64,000 nt of DNA from Patescibacteria group bacterium (GTDB lineage: Bacteria; Patescibacteriota; Patescibacteriia; UBA9570; JAHJKD01). Numbering within the stretch: position 1 is the first letter of the stretch; each line of letters starts with the position of its first letter. Below, piece after piece: positions 37,669 through 47,770 of the stretch. The notes below the pieces were generated by a model. The model was not told where the DNA came from, did no database searches, and saw only the letters and a list, made by a program, of their open reading frames with translations. A program made the position numbers and the translations under genes. The stretch spans positions 1,531-65,530 of the forward strand of contig JAHJKD010000050.1 in assembly GCA_018822435.1 (NCBI GenBank), written 5' to 3'.

Positions 37669-37998
37669 CTATGGGAGAACAAATCGGAACAAACAAGTGT
37701 CCCCAGCCACGACCACCTTGCGGGGGTCATAACCGTCTGCCCATGAGATCCCCCGAAGGGTTTCCCACAAAAAAATATCGTCTCCCAACGTACATGCTTT
37801 CAGCATGATCATGTAGTAGGACTGTCCCACGTACACGATTTTGCCTTCTGCACGCACGCCCCCCACCAACGCTACTGTCTCCTCCGAAGGGACATCCTCC
37901 GAATACTCGAAGACCAGAACGAGCGTATCGTCCGTAGTCCTCATAGCGTCGACATTTTGGGGGGTGGAGCATTCTCCCGAAGGCTGCGTGGCCAACAT
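37669..37998 (-). CDS. Hypothetical protein, GC-rich island gene
   Basis: 109-aa ORF. SD aaaggagg 8 nt upstream of the ATG. GC-rich versus AT-rich flanks. Confidence 0.5.
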   Translation of the reverse strand: MLATQPSGECSTPQNVDAMRTTDDTLVLVFEYSEDVPSEETVALVGGVRAEGKIVYVGQSYYMIMLKACTLGDDIFLWETLRGISWADGYDPRKVVVAGDTCLFRFVLP

Positions 37999-38108
37999 CT
38001 CTCTGCCTCCTTTAAATACTCACCCCCTTGCAGGGGGCTATGCGGCTTGATTGCCGACGGTAAAACTTACAATTTTTCTTGAATTAAGTCAATATTGTTA
38101 TCTACATT

Positions 38109-38200
38109 GACAAATTAGCAAAAATATGATATTATATATATAATATAAGCCAAACCTTGACATTATAAGCAAATTGCGCTAATATAATTCGTTTTACTAT
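38109..38200 (+). promoter_or_regulatory. Two tandem sigma70-like promoters (TTGACA-17-TATTAT; TTGACA-17-TAATAT) upstream of 38215
   Basis: Read directly from the sequence. Confidence 0.45.
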
Positions 38201-38214
38201 TAGCTTAAAATTAT

Positions 38215-38511
38215 ATGTTTAAAGAAGGAACAAACACTTCAACCCAACCTAGGCCTGAACCAAAAAAACAGGATAAAAAAATCAATGGCACAAGATCAGA
38301 ACAGCCTACTTCTGAAGATTTAGCTGATCTGCAATCTGCTTTTCCAGAGAGAGACTTAACCAGCCATGCTGTTGGTGGAAAGCAAGCCCAGGAAGGACTG
38401 CAACAGACTCTCCAAGAAATCAGAGCCAGCGAGGAAAGCCGAAAAGCACGATACGCTTCCCTGAAAGAAAAAATGGACAAAGAAAGAGAAGACAGAGAAA
38501 AAAGAGCTTAA
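38215..38511 (+). CDS. Charged/disordered protein sharing an N-terminal module with the next gene
   Basis: 98 aa. KKQDKKINGTRSEQPTSEDLADLQSAFP versus AKQDRKIKGVRAEQPTQADADALQAAFP in the downstream paralogue. Confidence 0.5.
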   Translation: MFKEGTNTSTQPRPEPKKQDKKINGTRSEQPTSEDLADLQSAFPERDLTSHAVGGKQAQEGLQQTLQEIRASEESRKARYASLKEKMDKEREDREKRA

Positions 38512-38529
38512 TTATTATATCTATATACT

Positions 38530-39789
38530 ATGCCTAATTTAGAAACCAGAATGGGCTCAAAGCCCGCCACACAAGAAGGTGCTAAACAAGACAGAAAAAT
38601 AAAAGGTGTAAGAGCAGAACAGCCTACTCAGGCTGATGCTGATGCATTGCAGGCTGCTTTTCCTGATAAAAAAATCAAGCAAGCCATTGCCGCTCAAGAT
38701 GCTGACCAAATTGCGGCTGTAAAAAAGAAAATGGGTGTTGATCCTAGTGTTGCGCAAAAGCGCCCTGGCGAAACAACTGGTGAATACAAAACCAGACTAT
38801 CCCGATACAATCTGGAAGAAAATTATGGCGCCCCGAAAAAACCTGTTTCTGCCGCTGCTATGAAACCTGGCGAAGTAATGGTGGCCCGCAAAGATCCAGG
38901 CCAGCCTGTCCAGCCTGTTGAGGAAGTTAAATCCAAACTAGACGACTTAATGAGTGAATACGTAAACCTTCGCACCAAGATGAAAAAACTTGAAGGCAAA
39001 GGCTTTGCTTTCTTTAAAAAAGCTCGCCTTAACCGCCTCAAACAAATGGAAGGAAATCTAAATACCCAAGTTGCCGAACTGACTCCGATTGAAAATAGAA
39101 AAGATGCTCGTGCGCTTTATGACAGAATGGACATCAATTTAGGTGACCGCATGACTGCCAATGCCCGCGCGGAAGTAGAAAAACAAAATGCCTCTTATAT
39201 GGAAGCAATTGGTCCGGCTTTAGAAGCCCGGCGTGTAGCTGAAGCGGAAAAAAGCCTTGGCGAAGCAGCTGCAGCCAGAGAAGAGGAAATGGCGGCTTAT
39301 CGTCCCATTACTGACGTTGAGGAAAATATTACTGAAAAACAGCCAGATGTAACTGAACAATTAGAATTAATTGAAGAAAAACCTGATGTAAGTGAAGATC
39401 TTGAATTAGTTGATGAAACAAAACCGACAAGAAAAGATATGGAAGGAGCAATTCAAGCCAGAAAAATTTTAGTTGAAGATATGGGTGAAATTGAGGCTGG
39501 CGACGACGAACCAACTGATGAAGAAATTGCTGCTCAAATGGAAGAAATTAATCTACAATTAGCCGAAGAAGAAAAAGCTGCCAGAATGGCAAAATATCCT
39601 AAGGCTATTAAGCTAAAAGAGGGTACTCAGCCTGAACCATATGCGGGGGGCCCGACTCTAACGGAAAGCTCCGCTCCAAAATCTGCCACGCAAGTGCCAG
39701 AAAAGGATCTGCCTGAATTAAAACTTGATGATGAAGTTGAAGAAATCGAACTGGATGAAGATGATAAAGACCAGGCTGCGTCAGCTTAA
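38530..39789 (+). CDS. Charged coiled-coil/low-complexity protein with conserved N-terminal module (paralogue of 38215)
   Basis: 419 aa. Shared N-terminal roughly 40-aa motif. Acidic C-terminal half. Confidence 0.55.
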   Translation: MPNLETRMGSKPATQEGAKQDRKIKGVRAEQPTQADADALQAAFPDKKIKQAIAAQDADQIAAVKKKMGVDPSVAQKRPGETTGEYKTRLSRYNLEENYGAPKKPVSAAAMKPGEVMVARKDPGQPVQPVEEVKSKLDDLMSEYVNLRTKMKKLEGKGFAFFKKARLNRLKQMEGNLNTQVAELTPIENRKDARALYDRMDINLGDRMTANARAEVEKQNASYMEAIGPALEARRVAEAEKSLGEAAAAREEEMAAYRPITDVEENITEKQPDVTEQLELIEEKPDVSEDLELVDETKPTRKDMEGAIQARKILVEDMGEIEAGDDEPTDEEIAAQMEEINLQLAEEEKAARMAKYPKAIKLKEGTQPEPYAGGPTLTESSAPKSATQVPEKDLPELKLDDEVEEIELDEDDKDQAASA

Positions 39790-41024
39790 ATACCTTTTAA
39801 CCTAAGCTTGCGATGATAAGCTATGGCAAAACGATGCGCTTCATCGCGCATGCGCTGCATTAAATAATATCCTTCTGAATCCTCGGTCAACTTCCGGGGA
39901 TTCTTTATATTTGGCATATAAATTTCTTCTTCCCTCTTTGCTAAAGCCACAACTGGCACTTTATATTCTTCCCAAATATCTTTTACTGCATTTAATTGCC
40001 CCTTGCCGCCGTCCATGATCGCCAAATCCGGCTTGGGCCACTTATTTTTCACCCGCCGCATAATAACTTCTTTCATCATAGCGACGTCATTAATGCCGGA
40101 CACGGTTTTTATCTTAAATTTTCTGTATTCCTGCTTATCCGCCTGACCATTTGTAAACACGACCATAGAACCGACGGCAAACGTGCCCTGAATATTAGAA
40201 ATGTCGTAAATCTCTATCCGCTGGGGCAGCTTATTTAATTTTAATTTTAATTTAATCTGCACCAGCGCTTTGCGTATCTTCTCTTGCTCAGAACGTTTCT
40301 GAATTTGAAGCGAAGTAAGACGAATCTCTTTAAGTTTATTCATCGCCCGCATCTGGTCCCGATAATATGCCGCCTTTTCAAAATTCTTTTGTTCAGAAGC
40401 TTTTTTCATCTTTGCTTCCGCTGCAACAATAAATTTATCTTCATTGCCTTCAAAAAAATCAATTACTTCGTTTATTATCTTCTGATACTCCTCTTTTGGT
40501 ATACCATCCACGCATGGCGCCAGGCATCGGCCCATATGATATTCCAGGCACGGCTTTTTCGGCATAGCGGAACAGGAACGAAGCGGGAATATCTTGTGAA
40601 AATATCGATACACTTGCTTGACCGGCCGGCTCCAGGGAAACGGGCCGAAATATCTGGCCTTTTGCCGGAAATTCGGTCGGCGCACAAATTCCACTTTTGG
40701 AAAATCTTCTTCTTTTATTTTTAAATATAAATAATTCTTATCATCTTTCAACATTATGTTATAAGGTGGCTTGTATTTCTTAATCAACATTCTCTCCAAT
40801 ATTAAAGCCCTGGCTTCGTTCTTGGTATTTTGCACTTTCACGTCAGCTATTAAACGGACCATAACTTGCTTCATTACGGACAAATCAGAGCCTTTTTGAA
40901 AATATGACCTCACTCGGGAACGTAAATTCACGGCCTTACCAATATAAAGCACCCGGCCTTTTTTATCATAAAAAGTATAGGCCCCGGCCGTATTTGGTAG
41001 ATTTTGTAGCTTTTTATTTTCCAT
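39786..41024 (-). CDS. uvrC: Excinuclease ABC subunit C, short form lacking C-terminal (HhH)2 domain
   Basis: 412 aa. GIY-YIG (YTFYDKKGRVLYIGKA), UvrC Cys motif CLEYHMGRCLAPC, endonuclease block IMDGGKGQL...DEAHRFAIAYHRKLR. About 200 aa shorter than canonical UvrC. Confidence 0.8.
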   Translation of the reverse strand: MENKKLQNLPNTAGAYTFYDKKGRVLYIGKAVNLRSRVRSYFQKGSDLSVMKQVMVRLIADVKVQNTKNEARALILERMLIKKYKPPYNIMLKDDKNYLYLKIKEEDFPKVEFVRRPNFRQKARYFGPFPWSRPVKQVYRYFHKIFPLRSCSAMPKKPCLEYHMGRCLAPCVDGIPKEEYQKIINEVIDFFEGNEDKFIVAAEAKMKKASEQKNFEKAAYYRDQMRAMNKLKEIRLTSLQIQKRSEQEKIRKALVQIKLKLKLNKLPQRIEIYDISNIQGTFAVGSMVVFTNGQADKQEYRKFKIKTVSGINDVAMMKEVIMRRVKNKWPKPDLAIMDGGKGQLNAVKDIWEEYKVPVVALAKREEEIYMPNIKNPRKLTEDSEGYYLMQRMRDEAHRFAIAYHRKLRLKGI

Positions 41025-41065
41025 AATTTAATTATAGCAATATCTCTTTCCAAAACAAATTTCAA

Positions 41066-41146
41066 ACCCCCAATAAATTGGGAGCTTGAAATTAAATAAT
41101 CGTAAACTCCAAGCCCCGAATTTATTCGGGGTATTGGAGTTTATGT
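41066..41146. repeat. About 80-bp double-hairpin intergenic repeat, copy B
   Basis: cccccaataaattgggag...ccaagccccgaatttattcggggtattgg, in the divergent uvrC/uvrA spacer. Matches 14211-14284. Confidence 0.7.
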
Positions 41147-41212
41147 CCATATTCTTGACCAAAACGAAAATCTAGTATATAATACTTCAGTTGAATTTTT
41201 TTACAAGATTTC

Positions 41213-44047
41213 ATGGATATAAATAAAATTAGCGTCAAAGGCGCCCGTGTCCACAACCTAAAGAATATCAACGTCGATATTCCTCGGGACAAGTTAGTTG
41301 TTATTACCGGCATTTCCGGATCAGGCAAGTCATCGCTCGCTTTTGATACGATTTATGCGGAAGGACAAAGAAGATATGTCGAAAGCCTGTCTGCTTATGC
41401 CCGCCAGTTCTTAGGTTTAATGGACAAGCCTGATGTCGACCAAATTGAAGGCCTTTCTCCGGCCATTTCCATAGACCAGAAAACAGCTTCTCATAATCCG
41501 CGTTCTACTGTGGGCACAGTCACCGAAGTTTATGATTATTTACGTCTGCTATACGCCCGCATTGGCATTCCTCATTGTCCTAAATGCGGACAAGTTATAG
41601 TTAAGCAAACTCGAAAACAAATCTCCGATAAAATTTTAAAAATGGAAGAGGGCACCGAATTCATGATTATTTCCCCTATTATTCGTGATAAAAAAGGTGA
41701 ACATAAATCCGTTATTGAAGAAGCCCGAAAATCTGGCTATGTCCGCCTACGGATCGATAACAATCTATATTCTATCGAAGAAGCCGAAGACAAGGACCTG
41801 GATAAGAAGAAAAAACATAATATAGACGTTGTAATTGACCGGCTGACAATTGGAAAAGAATTAGAAAAAGAAAGATTGACAGAATCTTTAGAAACGGCCC
41901 TGGATCTTTCCAACGGCTTAGTCGTGGTTCATGATTCTAAAGCAGAAAAAGACAATATCTTTTCTGAACACTTTTCTTGTCCAAAATGTGACATTTCCCT
42001 GGAAGACATTGAACCTAGAAACTTTTCCTTTAACAGCCCGCATGGTGCTTGTCCTGAATGTACAGGCCTGGGCACGAAGCTGGAAGTTGATGAAAATTTA
42101 GTTATACCAAATAAAAAACTTTCTATTGCTGAGGGCGCTATCCGTCCCTGGTCCCGCACTTCTTCTAATCAGACCTGGCAAATGCGTATCCTGGAAGCTG
42201 TGGCTAAAACAAATGGTTTTTCTACCCGTACTCCGATTAAAAATCTATCGCCGCAAGACTTGAATGTCATTCTGTTTGGAACTGGCAGTAAATCTTATGA
42301 TGTAAATGCTCCGTATACTACTGGCAAAGTCAAAGAATTCTATACAAACTATGAAGGCGTTATTCCTAATTTGGAACGCCGGCACAGAGAAACCGAGTCT
42401 GATTACATGCGTACCGAGATTGAAAGATATATGCGTATTTACGCTTGTCCGCTATGTGTTGGCAAGCGCTTAAGAAAAGAAGCTCTTGGCGTCACCATTG
42501 CCGACCAGAACATATCCCAAGTCACTTCCCTGCCCATTGATAAGACCCTGGATTTTTTCCGCGGATTAAAACTTAATCAGCGGGATCAAAAAATTGCCAA
42601 GCAAATATTAAAAGAAATTGATTCGCGGTTGAAATTCCTGACTAATGTCGGCCTTTCCTATTTGACCCTGGACAGAACCGCGTCCACTTTGGCCGGCGGT
42701 GAGGCCCAGCGCATCCGTTTGGCTACCCAAATCGGCTCTGCCCTGACTGGCGTATTATATATTCTCGATGAACCTTCCATCGGCTTGCACCAAAGAGATA
42801 ATATGCGATTGATTGAAACTCTGCAAAATCTCAAAGCCTTAGGAAATACAGTTATAGTAGTAGAACATGATGAAGAAACCATTTTAGAAGCTGATTATGT
42901 CATTGACATCGGCCCTGGAGCTGGCGCCCAAGGAGGAGAAGTTGTCGCCCAAGGCACGCCGGCCGAATTAATGAAAAAAAAATGTCTGACTGGCGAATAT
43001 CTTTCCGGCAAAAAAGAAATTGCTGTTCCAAAAAAATTCCGCAAAGGCAATGGCCTGGACATTGAAGTTATTGGCGCGGCCGCCCATAACCTTAAAGAAA
43101 TAGATGTTAAGATTCCTTTAGGTAAGCTCGTTTCTATCACTGGTGTTTCCGGGTCTGGAAAATCAACCTTAATGACAGATATTCTTGCCCGTGCCCTGGC
43201 CCTGCAATTCCATAATGCAAAAAATCTTCCGGCCGAACATAAAGAAATTAAAGGTCTTAAAAACTTGGATAAAGTTATTCATATAGACCAATCTCCTATT
43301 GGCCGCACCCCGCGTTCCAACCCCGCCACCTACACCGGCGTTTTCACTTATATCCGAGACCTCTTTACCCAAGTCCCAGAATCTAAAATGCGCGGGTATA
43401 AAGCGGGACGCTTCTCTTTCAATGTAAAAGGTGGTCGTTGCGAAGCTTGCCAGGGCGATGGTGTCCAAAGGATTGAAATGCATTTCCTGCCTGATGTTTA
43501 TGTTAAATGCCCGGAATGCAAAGGCAAACGTTATAATCCTGAAGCTCTTGAAATCCATTATCGGGAAAAAAACATTTCCGACGTCTTAGAAATGAGCGTG
43601 GAAGAAGCTTATCATTTCTTTGGCAATATCCCGGCTGTTAAAGAAAAAATGCAGACTCTGCGCGATGTCGGCCTTGGTTATATCAAGCTTGGCCAGAATG
43701 CCACCACTCTTTCCGGCGGTGAAGCCCAGCGGGTTAAGTTAGCGACAGAATTATCCCGCCGCGCTACTGGAAAAACACTTTATATTTTAGATGAACCGAC
43801 CACCGGCCTGCACTTTGAAGATGTGAAAAAATTATTATCTGTATTAAACCGGCTTGTCGATAAAGGCAATAGTGTCTTAATTATCGAACACAATCTCGAC
43901 GTCATTAAATCATGCGATTGGATTATTGATCTTGGTCCGGAAGGCGGCGATCGCGGCGGCCTAGTGATTGCCCAGGGTACTCCACCTGAAGTGGCTAAAG
44001 AAAAAAAATCTTATACCGGTAAATATTTAAGGCGATATTTTAAATAA
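41213..44047 (+). CDS. uvrA: Excinuclease ABC subunit A
   Basis: 944 aa. Two ABC modules ([21 protein letters not shown]), zinc-finger Cys clusters, signature LSGGEAQR x2. Confidence 0.95.
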   Translation: MDINKISVKGARVHNLKNINVDIPRDKLVVITGISGSGKSSLAFDTIYAEGQRRYVESLSAYARQFLGLMDKPDVDQIEGLSPAISIDQKTASHNPRSTVGTVTEVYDYLRLLYARIGIPHCPKCGQVIVKQTRKQISDKILKMEEGTEFMIISPIIRDKKGEHKSVIEEARKSGYVRLRIDNNLYSIEEAEDKDLDKKKKHNIDVVIDRLTIGKELEKERLTESLETALDLSNGLVVVHDSKAEKDNIFSEHFSCPKCDISLEDIEPRNFSFNSPHGACPECTGLGTKLEVDENLVIPNKKLSIAEGAIRPWSRTSSNQTWQMRILEAVAKTNGFSTRTPIKNLSPQDLNVILFGTGSKSYDVNAPYTTGKVKEFYTNYEGVIPNLERRHRETESDYMRTEIERYMRIYACPLCVGKRLRKEALGVTIADQNISQVTSLPIDKTLDFFRGLKLNQRDQKIAKQILKEIDSRLKFLTNVGLSYLTLDRTASTLAGGEAQRIRLATQIGSALTGVLYILDEPSIGLHQRDNMRLIETLQNLKALGNTVIVVEHDEETILEADYVIDIGPGAGAQGGEVVAQGTPAELMKKKCLTGEYLSGKKEIAVPKKFRKGNGLDIEVIGAAAHNLKEIDVKIPLGKLVSITGVSGSGKSTLMTDILARALALQFHNAKNLPAEHKEIKGLKNLDKVIHIDQSPIGRTPRSNPATYTGVFTYIRDLFTQVPESKMRGYKAGRFSFNVKGGRCEACQGDGVQRIEMHFLPDVYVKCPECKGKRYNPEALEIHYREKNISDVLEMSVEEAYHFFGNIPAVKEKMQTLRDVGLGYIKLGQNATTLSGGEAQRVKLATELSRRATGKTLYILDEPTTGLHFEDVKKLLSVLNRLVDKGNSVLIIEHNLDVIKSCDWIIDLGPEGGDRGGLVIAQGTPPEVAKEKKSYTGKYLRRYFK

Positions 44048-44054
44048 CACCTCT

Positions 44055-44096
44055 CTGTAGTGTAGGGACAACCCTAGGGTTGTCCCTACACTACAG
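44055..44096. repeat. 42-bp perfect palindrome P1 (ctgtagtgtagggacaacc-ctag-ggttgtccctacactacag)
   Basis: Every position pairs. Shares the arm tgtagtgtagggaca with the palindrome at 56244-56286. Confidence 0.85.
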
Positions 44097-44106
44097 GTAT
44101 TTCATA

Positions 44107-45006
44107 ATGGATAACCTAGAAAATTCCATCCTTAAAACCCTCACATACTTCGATCTTTTCGACTACCCTTTAACTTTGCTGGAAATTCAGAAATGGTTAT
44201 GGGAAACAAAAGAGGAAGATCTTAATAAAATCAAACAAGTCTTAAACAATAGCCCTCAAATAGAAAGCCGCGAGGGCTTTTATTATTTACAGGGACGGGG
44301 CGACATTGTGCGAAAAAGAAAAAACCGTTATGTCGTGGCCCAAAAAAAATTCAAGAAAAGACTTCCCTATATCCGCCTGCTTACCTGGCTGCCCCATGTC
44401 AAAGCTATTTTTGTGGTAAACAACCTGGCTATTGCCAATGCCGGCACAAACAGCGACATTGACCTCATGATCATCTCCCCGGACGATAAAATATGGACCA
44501 CGCGCATGTTTACGACCACGCTCATGAAAATCTTCGGCCTCCGTCCTACGCAAGAAAAAAACAAAGACCAACTTTGCTTAAGCATTTACCTCACGGAAAA
44601 AAATCTAAATCTGGAAGATTATAAAATTAATCCGGACGACATCCATTTCACTTACTGGGCAGATCAGATCTTCCCGGTTTATGACCCAGACAACCTGGAA
44701 AAAAAATATATTAAGGCTAATGCCTGGATTAAAAACAAGCTGCCCGCTTCAATTGGATATCAGGCTGCCTGGCCTCGCACTATTAATCGATCCGGCTTAA
44801 ATAGATTTATGCAGTCTTTCTTAAGTCTGGCTTCTTTTGAAAATGCTTATAAAAAATGGCAGCTGAAAAATCTGCCCCAAAACCTGAAAGACATGATGAA
44901 TAAAGATACCAGAGTAGTTGTCAACGACAAAATTTTAAAATTCCATGACAATGACCCCCGAGCAGAAATCCTCCAAAAGTGGGAGCAAAAAATCCAACAA
45001 ATTTGA
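44107..45006 (+). CDS. Nucleotidyltransferase-fold protein (hypothetical)
   Basis: GTNSDIDLMIISPDD NTase motif. Start moved to ATG 44107 (MDNLEN), because the tracked start at 44080 lies inside palindrome P1. Confidence 0.5.
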   Translation: MDNLENSILKTLTYFDLFDYPLTLLEIQKWLWETKEEDLNKIKQVLNNSPQIESREGFYYLQGRGDIVRKRKNRYVVAQKKFKKRLPYIRLLTWLPHVKAIFVVNNLAIANAGTNSDIDLMIISPDDKIWTTRMFTTTLMKIFGLRPTQEKNKDQLCLSIYLTEKNLNLEDYKINPDDIHFTYWADQIFPVYDPDNLEKKYIKANAWIKNKLPASIGYQAAWPRTINRSGLNRFMQSFLSLASFENAYKKWQLKNLPQNLKDMMNKDTRVVVNDKILKFHDNDPRAEILQKWEQKIQQI

Positions 45007-45835
45007 ACAGCGCGCCGACATCATAGACGCGATTCGCGCCTTCTTTAAAAATGAAGGTTTTTTGGAAGTTGATACGCCTTGCCTGGTTGATCTGCCTGGC
45101 ATGGAACCATATTTAGATCCATTAAAAACTGAAAAAATAAATGGCCGAGGAAACAAGAAAGATGCCTATTTAATTACATCTCCTGAATACGCCATGAAAA
45201 AATTATTAGTCGATGGCTTTAAAAGAATATACACGATCTGCTCTTGCTTTCGTAACGGCGAAACCCCTTCCTCTCTTCATAACACTGAATTTAAAATGCT
45301 CGAATGGTACCGGGCTGACGCCGATTACAAAGACATCATGAAAGACACGGAAAACCTAATCTATTTTGTAAATAAAAAAATTAATAATTCAGATTTTTTA
45401 GAATACCAAGGCAAAAAAATTGACCTCACTCCTCCCTGGTCGCGAAAAAACCATACTGGAGATGAAATAGACGAGCATCTTGGCTGGGAAAAACCAGAAT
45501 TTATAATTGACTATCCTGCAGCAGAAGCATCTCTTTCTAAAATTAATAAAGAAGACAAAGCCGAAAGATTCGAATTATTTATTGCCGGCATTGAACTAGG
45601 TAATGCTTTTTCTGAATTAACTGACTGGCAAGAACAAGAAAAAAGGCTCATAAGAGAGAGGGAAGAAAGAATAAAGATGGAAAAAATTATGTACCCCGTT
45701 GACAATACCTTTATAGAAGCGCTAAAATGTGGAATGCCCGAATCAGGCGGAATCGCCCTGGGCGTCGACCGACTAGTCATGTTATTGACCAATAGTCGGT
45801 CTTTAAAAGAAGTAATTTTATTTCCTGACGATTAA
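44945..45835 (+). CDS. epmA: EF-P lysine aminoacylase EpmA (PoxA/GenX, LysRS-like class II core)
   Basis: 296 aa. LEVDTP, class II motifs FRNGE, GGIALGVDRLVMLL. Directly upstream of efp. Start uncertain (62-nt overlap with the previous gene). Confidence 0.75.
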   Translation: MTMTPEQKSSKSGSKKSNKFEQRADIIDAIRAFFKNEGFLEVDTPCLVDLPGMEPYLDPLKTEKINGRGNKKDAYLITSPEYAMKKLLVDGFKRIYTICSCFRNGETPSSLHNTEFKMLEWYRADADYKDIMKDTENLIYFVNKKINNSDFLEYQGKKIDLTPPWSRKNHTGDEIDEHLGWEKPEFIIDYPAAEASLSKINKEDKAERFELFIAGIELGNAFSELTDWQEQEKRLIREREERIKMEKIMYPVDNTFIEALKCGMPESGGIALGVDRLVMLLTNSRSLKEVILFPDD

Positions 45836-45840
45836 TTTTT

Positions 45841-46401
45841 ATGATTGACGCCAACCAAATCCAAAAAGGCACTGCCTTTAAATGGAAAGGCGACCCGTAT
45901 GTGGTGACTGAATTTGAATTTTACAAGCCTGGCAAAGGCAATTCCCTGACCCGGACGAAAATGAGAAATCTGAAAACAGGCAATGTCGCTTCTAACAATT
46001 TCCAGTCTGGTGAGAAGCTGGAAAACATACAAGTCAGCTTCCTGCCTGTTTCTTTCCTATATAAGGACGATACTGACTTTTTTTTCATGGACAAGAATTT
46101 TGAACAATTCCAAATCCCAAAAAACATTATTGCCGAACGCGATAAATACCTGGTCGAAGAAGGCCAAGTCGACGGCATCTTCATTGAAGACGCCCTCTAT
46201 GACATCCGCCTGCCTAAAAAAATGCAGTTCAAAGTCGTGGAAGCCCCAGAAGGCGCCCGCGGTGATACAGCTAACGCCGCCACTAAGCCAGTCAAACTAG
46301 ATACCGGCGCGGAAGTCCAGGCCCCTCTATTTATTAAAGAAGGTGAAATTATTCAGATCAATACAGAGACGGATGAATATGTCGGGCGGGTGAATGAATA
46401 A
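45841..46401 (+). CDS. efp: Elongation factor P
   Basis: 186 aa. KPGKG loop (YKPGKGNSLTRTKMRNLKTG) bearing the modified Lys. Three OB-domain layout. Confidence 0.9.
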   Translation: MIDANQIQKGTAFKWKGDPYVVTEFEFYKPGKGNSLTRTKMRNLKTGNVASNNFQSGEKLENIQVSFLPVSFLYKDDTDFFFMDKNFEQFQIPKNIIAERDKYLVEEGQVDGIFIEDALYDIRLPKKMQFKVVEAPEGARGDTANAATKPVKLDTGAEVQAPLFIKEGEIIQINTETDEYVGRVNE

Positions 46402-46426
46402 GCTCCAACAATAAATATTCCAAAAG

Positions 46427-46457
46427 GCGGATGTAGCGACATCCGCTTTCATTTTTT
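46427..46457 (+). terminator. Intrinsic terminator after efp
   Basis: gcggatgt agcg acatccgc + tttcatttttt. Confidence 0.7.
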
Positions 46458-46465
46458 ATATATAT

Positions 46466-47281
46466 TTATGACAATTTCTTATTCTGAGGTTTTTTAAGAT
46501 AATTATTTTTAATTGAAATCTTTTTTCCCGTACGTTTCTCAATGTCCTTACGGGTAGATCCGGCTACTTCACCGCCTTCTTTAGCATCTTTTTTTAATGG
46601 TTTGAAAGATTTGGACTCTTTGTCTTGAGTTAATCTGGTTGTTGTCGCTTCACCCAGCATTGTCAGGATCAATTCCAAATCATCCATATGATCCCTTAGA
46701 TTCTCACGCTGTAAATTCTTAAACTTTTTATACTCCTCCGGCGACATGTCAAAAGTGGCCTTAGAAATTTCTGAAGTCAAAATGGCGTATTCCCTCGCTT
46801 GTTTTAGCCCTCTTTTACTCCACTCATCAGTCAGCTCTTCCCGCACAGCAATGCCCCTCATCCTCTTCTCAATCCAGGAGTCACTATATCCCTTGGCTTT
46901 ATATAGCGCCTTTGTCCTTTTTGTTGCCAATTCCGGATCTTCAATTTCTTTGATCCTTTCATAGCCAACTCTGGCTAGCCAACGCTTGAAAGGTTCGGCT
47001 TTAGGCGAAGGGATTGATTGGATAATACGAAATATCCCCTCTGTATTGGCGCAATTCATCTCTTGTTTGCCGCCTTTAGTGCCTATTTCAAGGGTGTGTA
47101 CAATTTGTACCCACCCCTTAGCTATTTCTGCGTCTCTCTGCTTCATCCGTTGTATATATTGTTTTGCGTCCCGAGAATCAATTAATGCTAAAACAACATC
47201 TTCAACAACAAACCACCATTCATTATCATGAATAGTCCTTCTCACTTTTTTCCCTTTAAAAATCGCAATTTTATTATTCAT
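46466..47281 (-). CDS. Bro-N domain protein (DinD / phage antirepressor-like)
   Basis: 271 aa. N-terminus IAIFKGKKVRRTIHDNEWWFVVEDVVLALIDS fits Bro-N. Basic C-terminus. Confidence 0.55.
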   Translation of the reverse strand: MNNKIAIFKGKKVRRTIHDNEWWFVVEDVVLALIDSRDAKQYIQRMKQRDAEIAKGWVQIVHTLEIGTKGGKQEMNCANTEGIFRIIQSIPSPKAEPFKRWLARVGYERIKEIEDPELATKRTKALYKAKGYSDSWIEKRMRGIAVREELTDEWSKRGLKQAREYAILTSEISKATFDMSPEEYKKFKNLQRENLRDHMDDLELILTMLGEATTTRLTQDKESKSFKPLKKDAKEGGEVAGSTRKDIEKRTGKKISIKNNYLKKPQNKKLS

Positions 47282-47637
47282 CTAATTTTATTTTAAATGA
47301 TTATATTAATTATAACAAAAATAAATAAAAACACCCGGATTTTTTTGGGTGTTCTGAATTTAACATATAAATTTTTATATCTCAAATTTAACACAAAATT
47401 TGAAATATGGCAAATCCTTATTTCAAGTAAAATTTAATTAACTATTATATAAAATAGACAAAATTTAAACTGCCACCGAGAACTTCCTTTGTGTATGACA
47501 GTCGCTGCTGTCGCTGAGGGAGGCGTGGACACCGTCATCAGGAAGATGATGTTCGGAAATGGGTTGTGGTGTCTCTGAGGGCAAGTACGGAGCAGACTTC
47601 TTCCTCCAGCTGGCGAAGAAGTAGAAAGGAGGAGGCC

Positions 47638-47736
47638 ATGTCTCATTCACGAGCCGGGCCAACAGACTCGCCAGCGGAGGCCTCAAGCCAAGAATCCCTG
47701 GTGAGTCTCCGTAAAATTATTACATTTTTAAAATAA
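47638..47736 (+). CDS. Candidate 32-aa peptide gene with strong SD at end of GC-rich segment
   Basis: aaaggaggaggcc ATG ... TAA followed by the terminator at 47743. Neither overlapping minus-strand ORF has an RBS. Confidence 0.2.
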   Translation: MSHSRAGPTDSPAEASSQESLVSLRKIITFLK

Positions 47737-47742
47737 TAAAAA

Positions 47743-47770
47743 CACCCGAATATCATCGGGTATTTTTATT
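47743..47770. terminator. Bidirectional hairpin terminator (acccga-atatcat-tcgggt) with T-runs on both strands
   Basis: On the minus strand it follows the displaced tRNA 3' fragment. On the plus strand it follows the peptide ORF. Confidence 0.6.

Noticed and set aside
37570-38020. Possibility that GC-rich islands are structured ncRNAs (RNase P RNA, tmRNA, SRP RNA).
   Set aside because: No P4, tag or domain-IV signature strings were found. Each island has an SD-preceded ORF with coding-like G/C third positions.
44080-44106. Tracked start of the nucleotidyltransferase-fold ORF at 44080.
   Set aside because: It lies inside the 42-bp perfect palindrome. The downstream ATG at 44107 gives a cleaner start.
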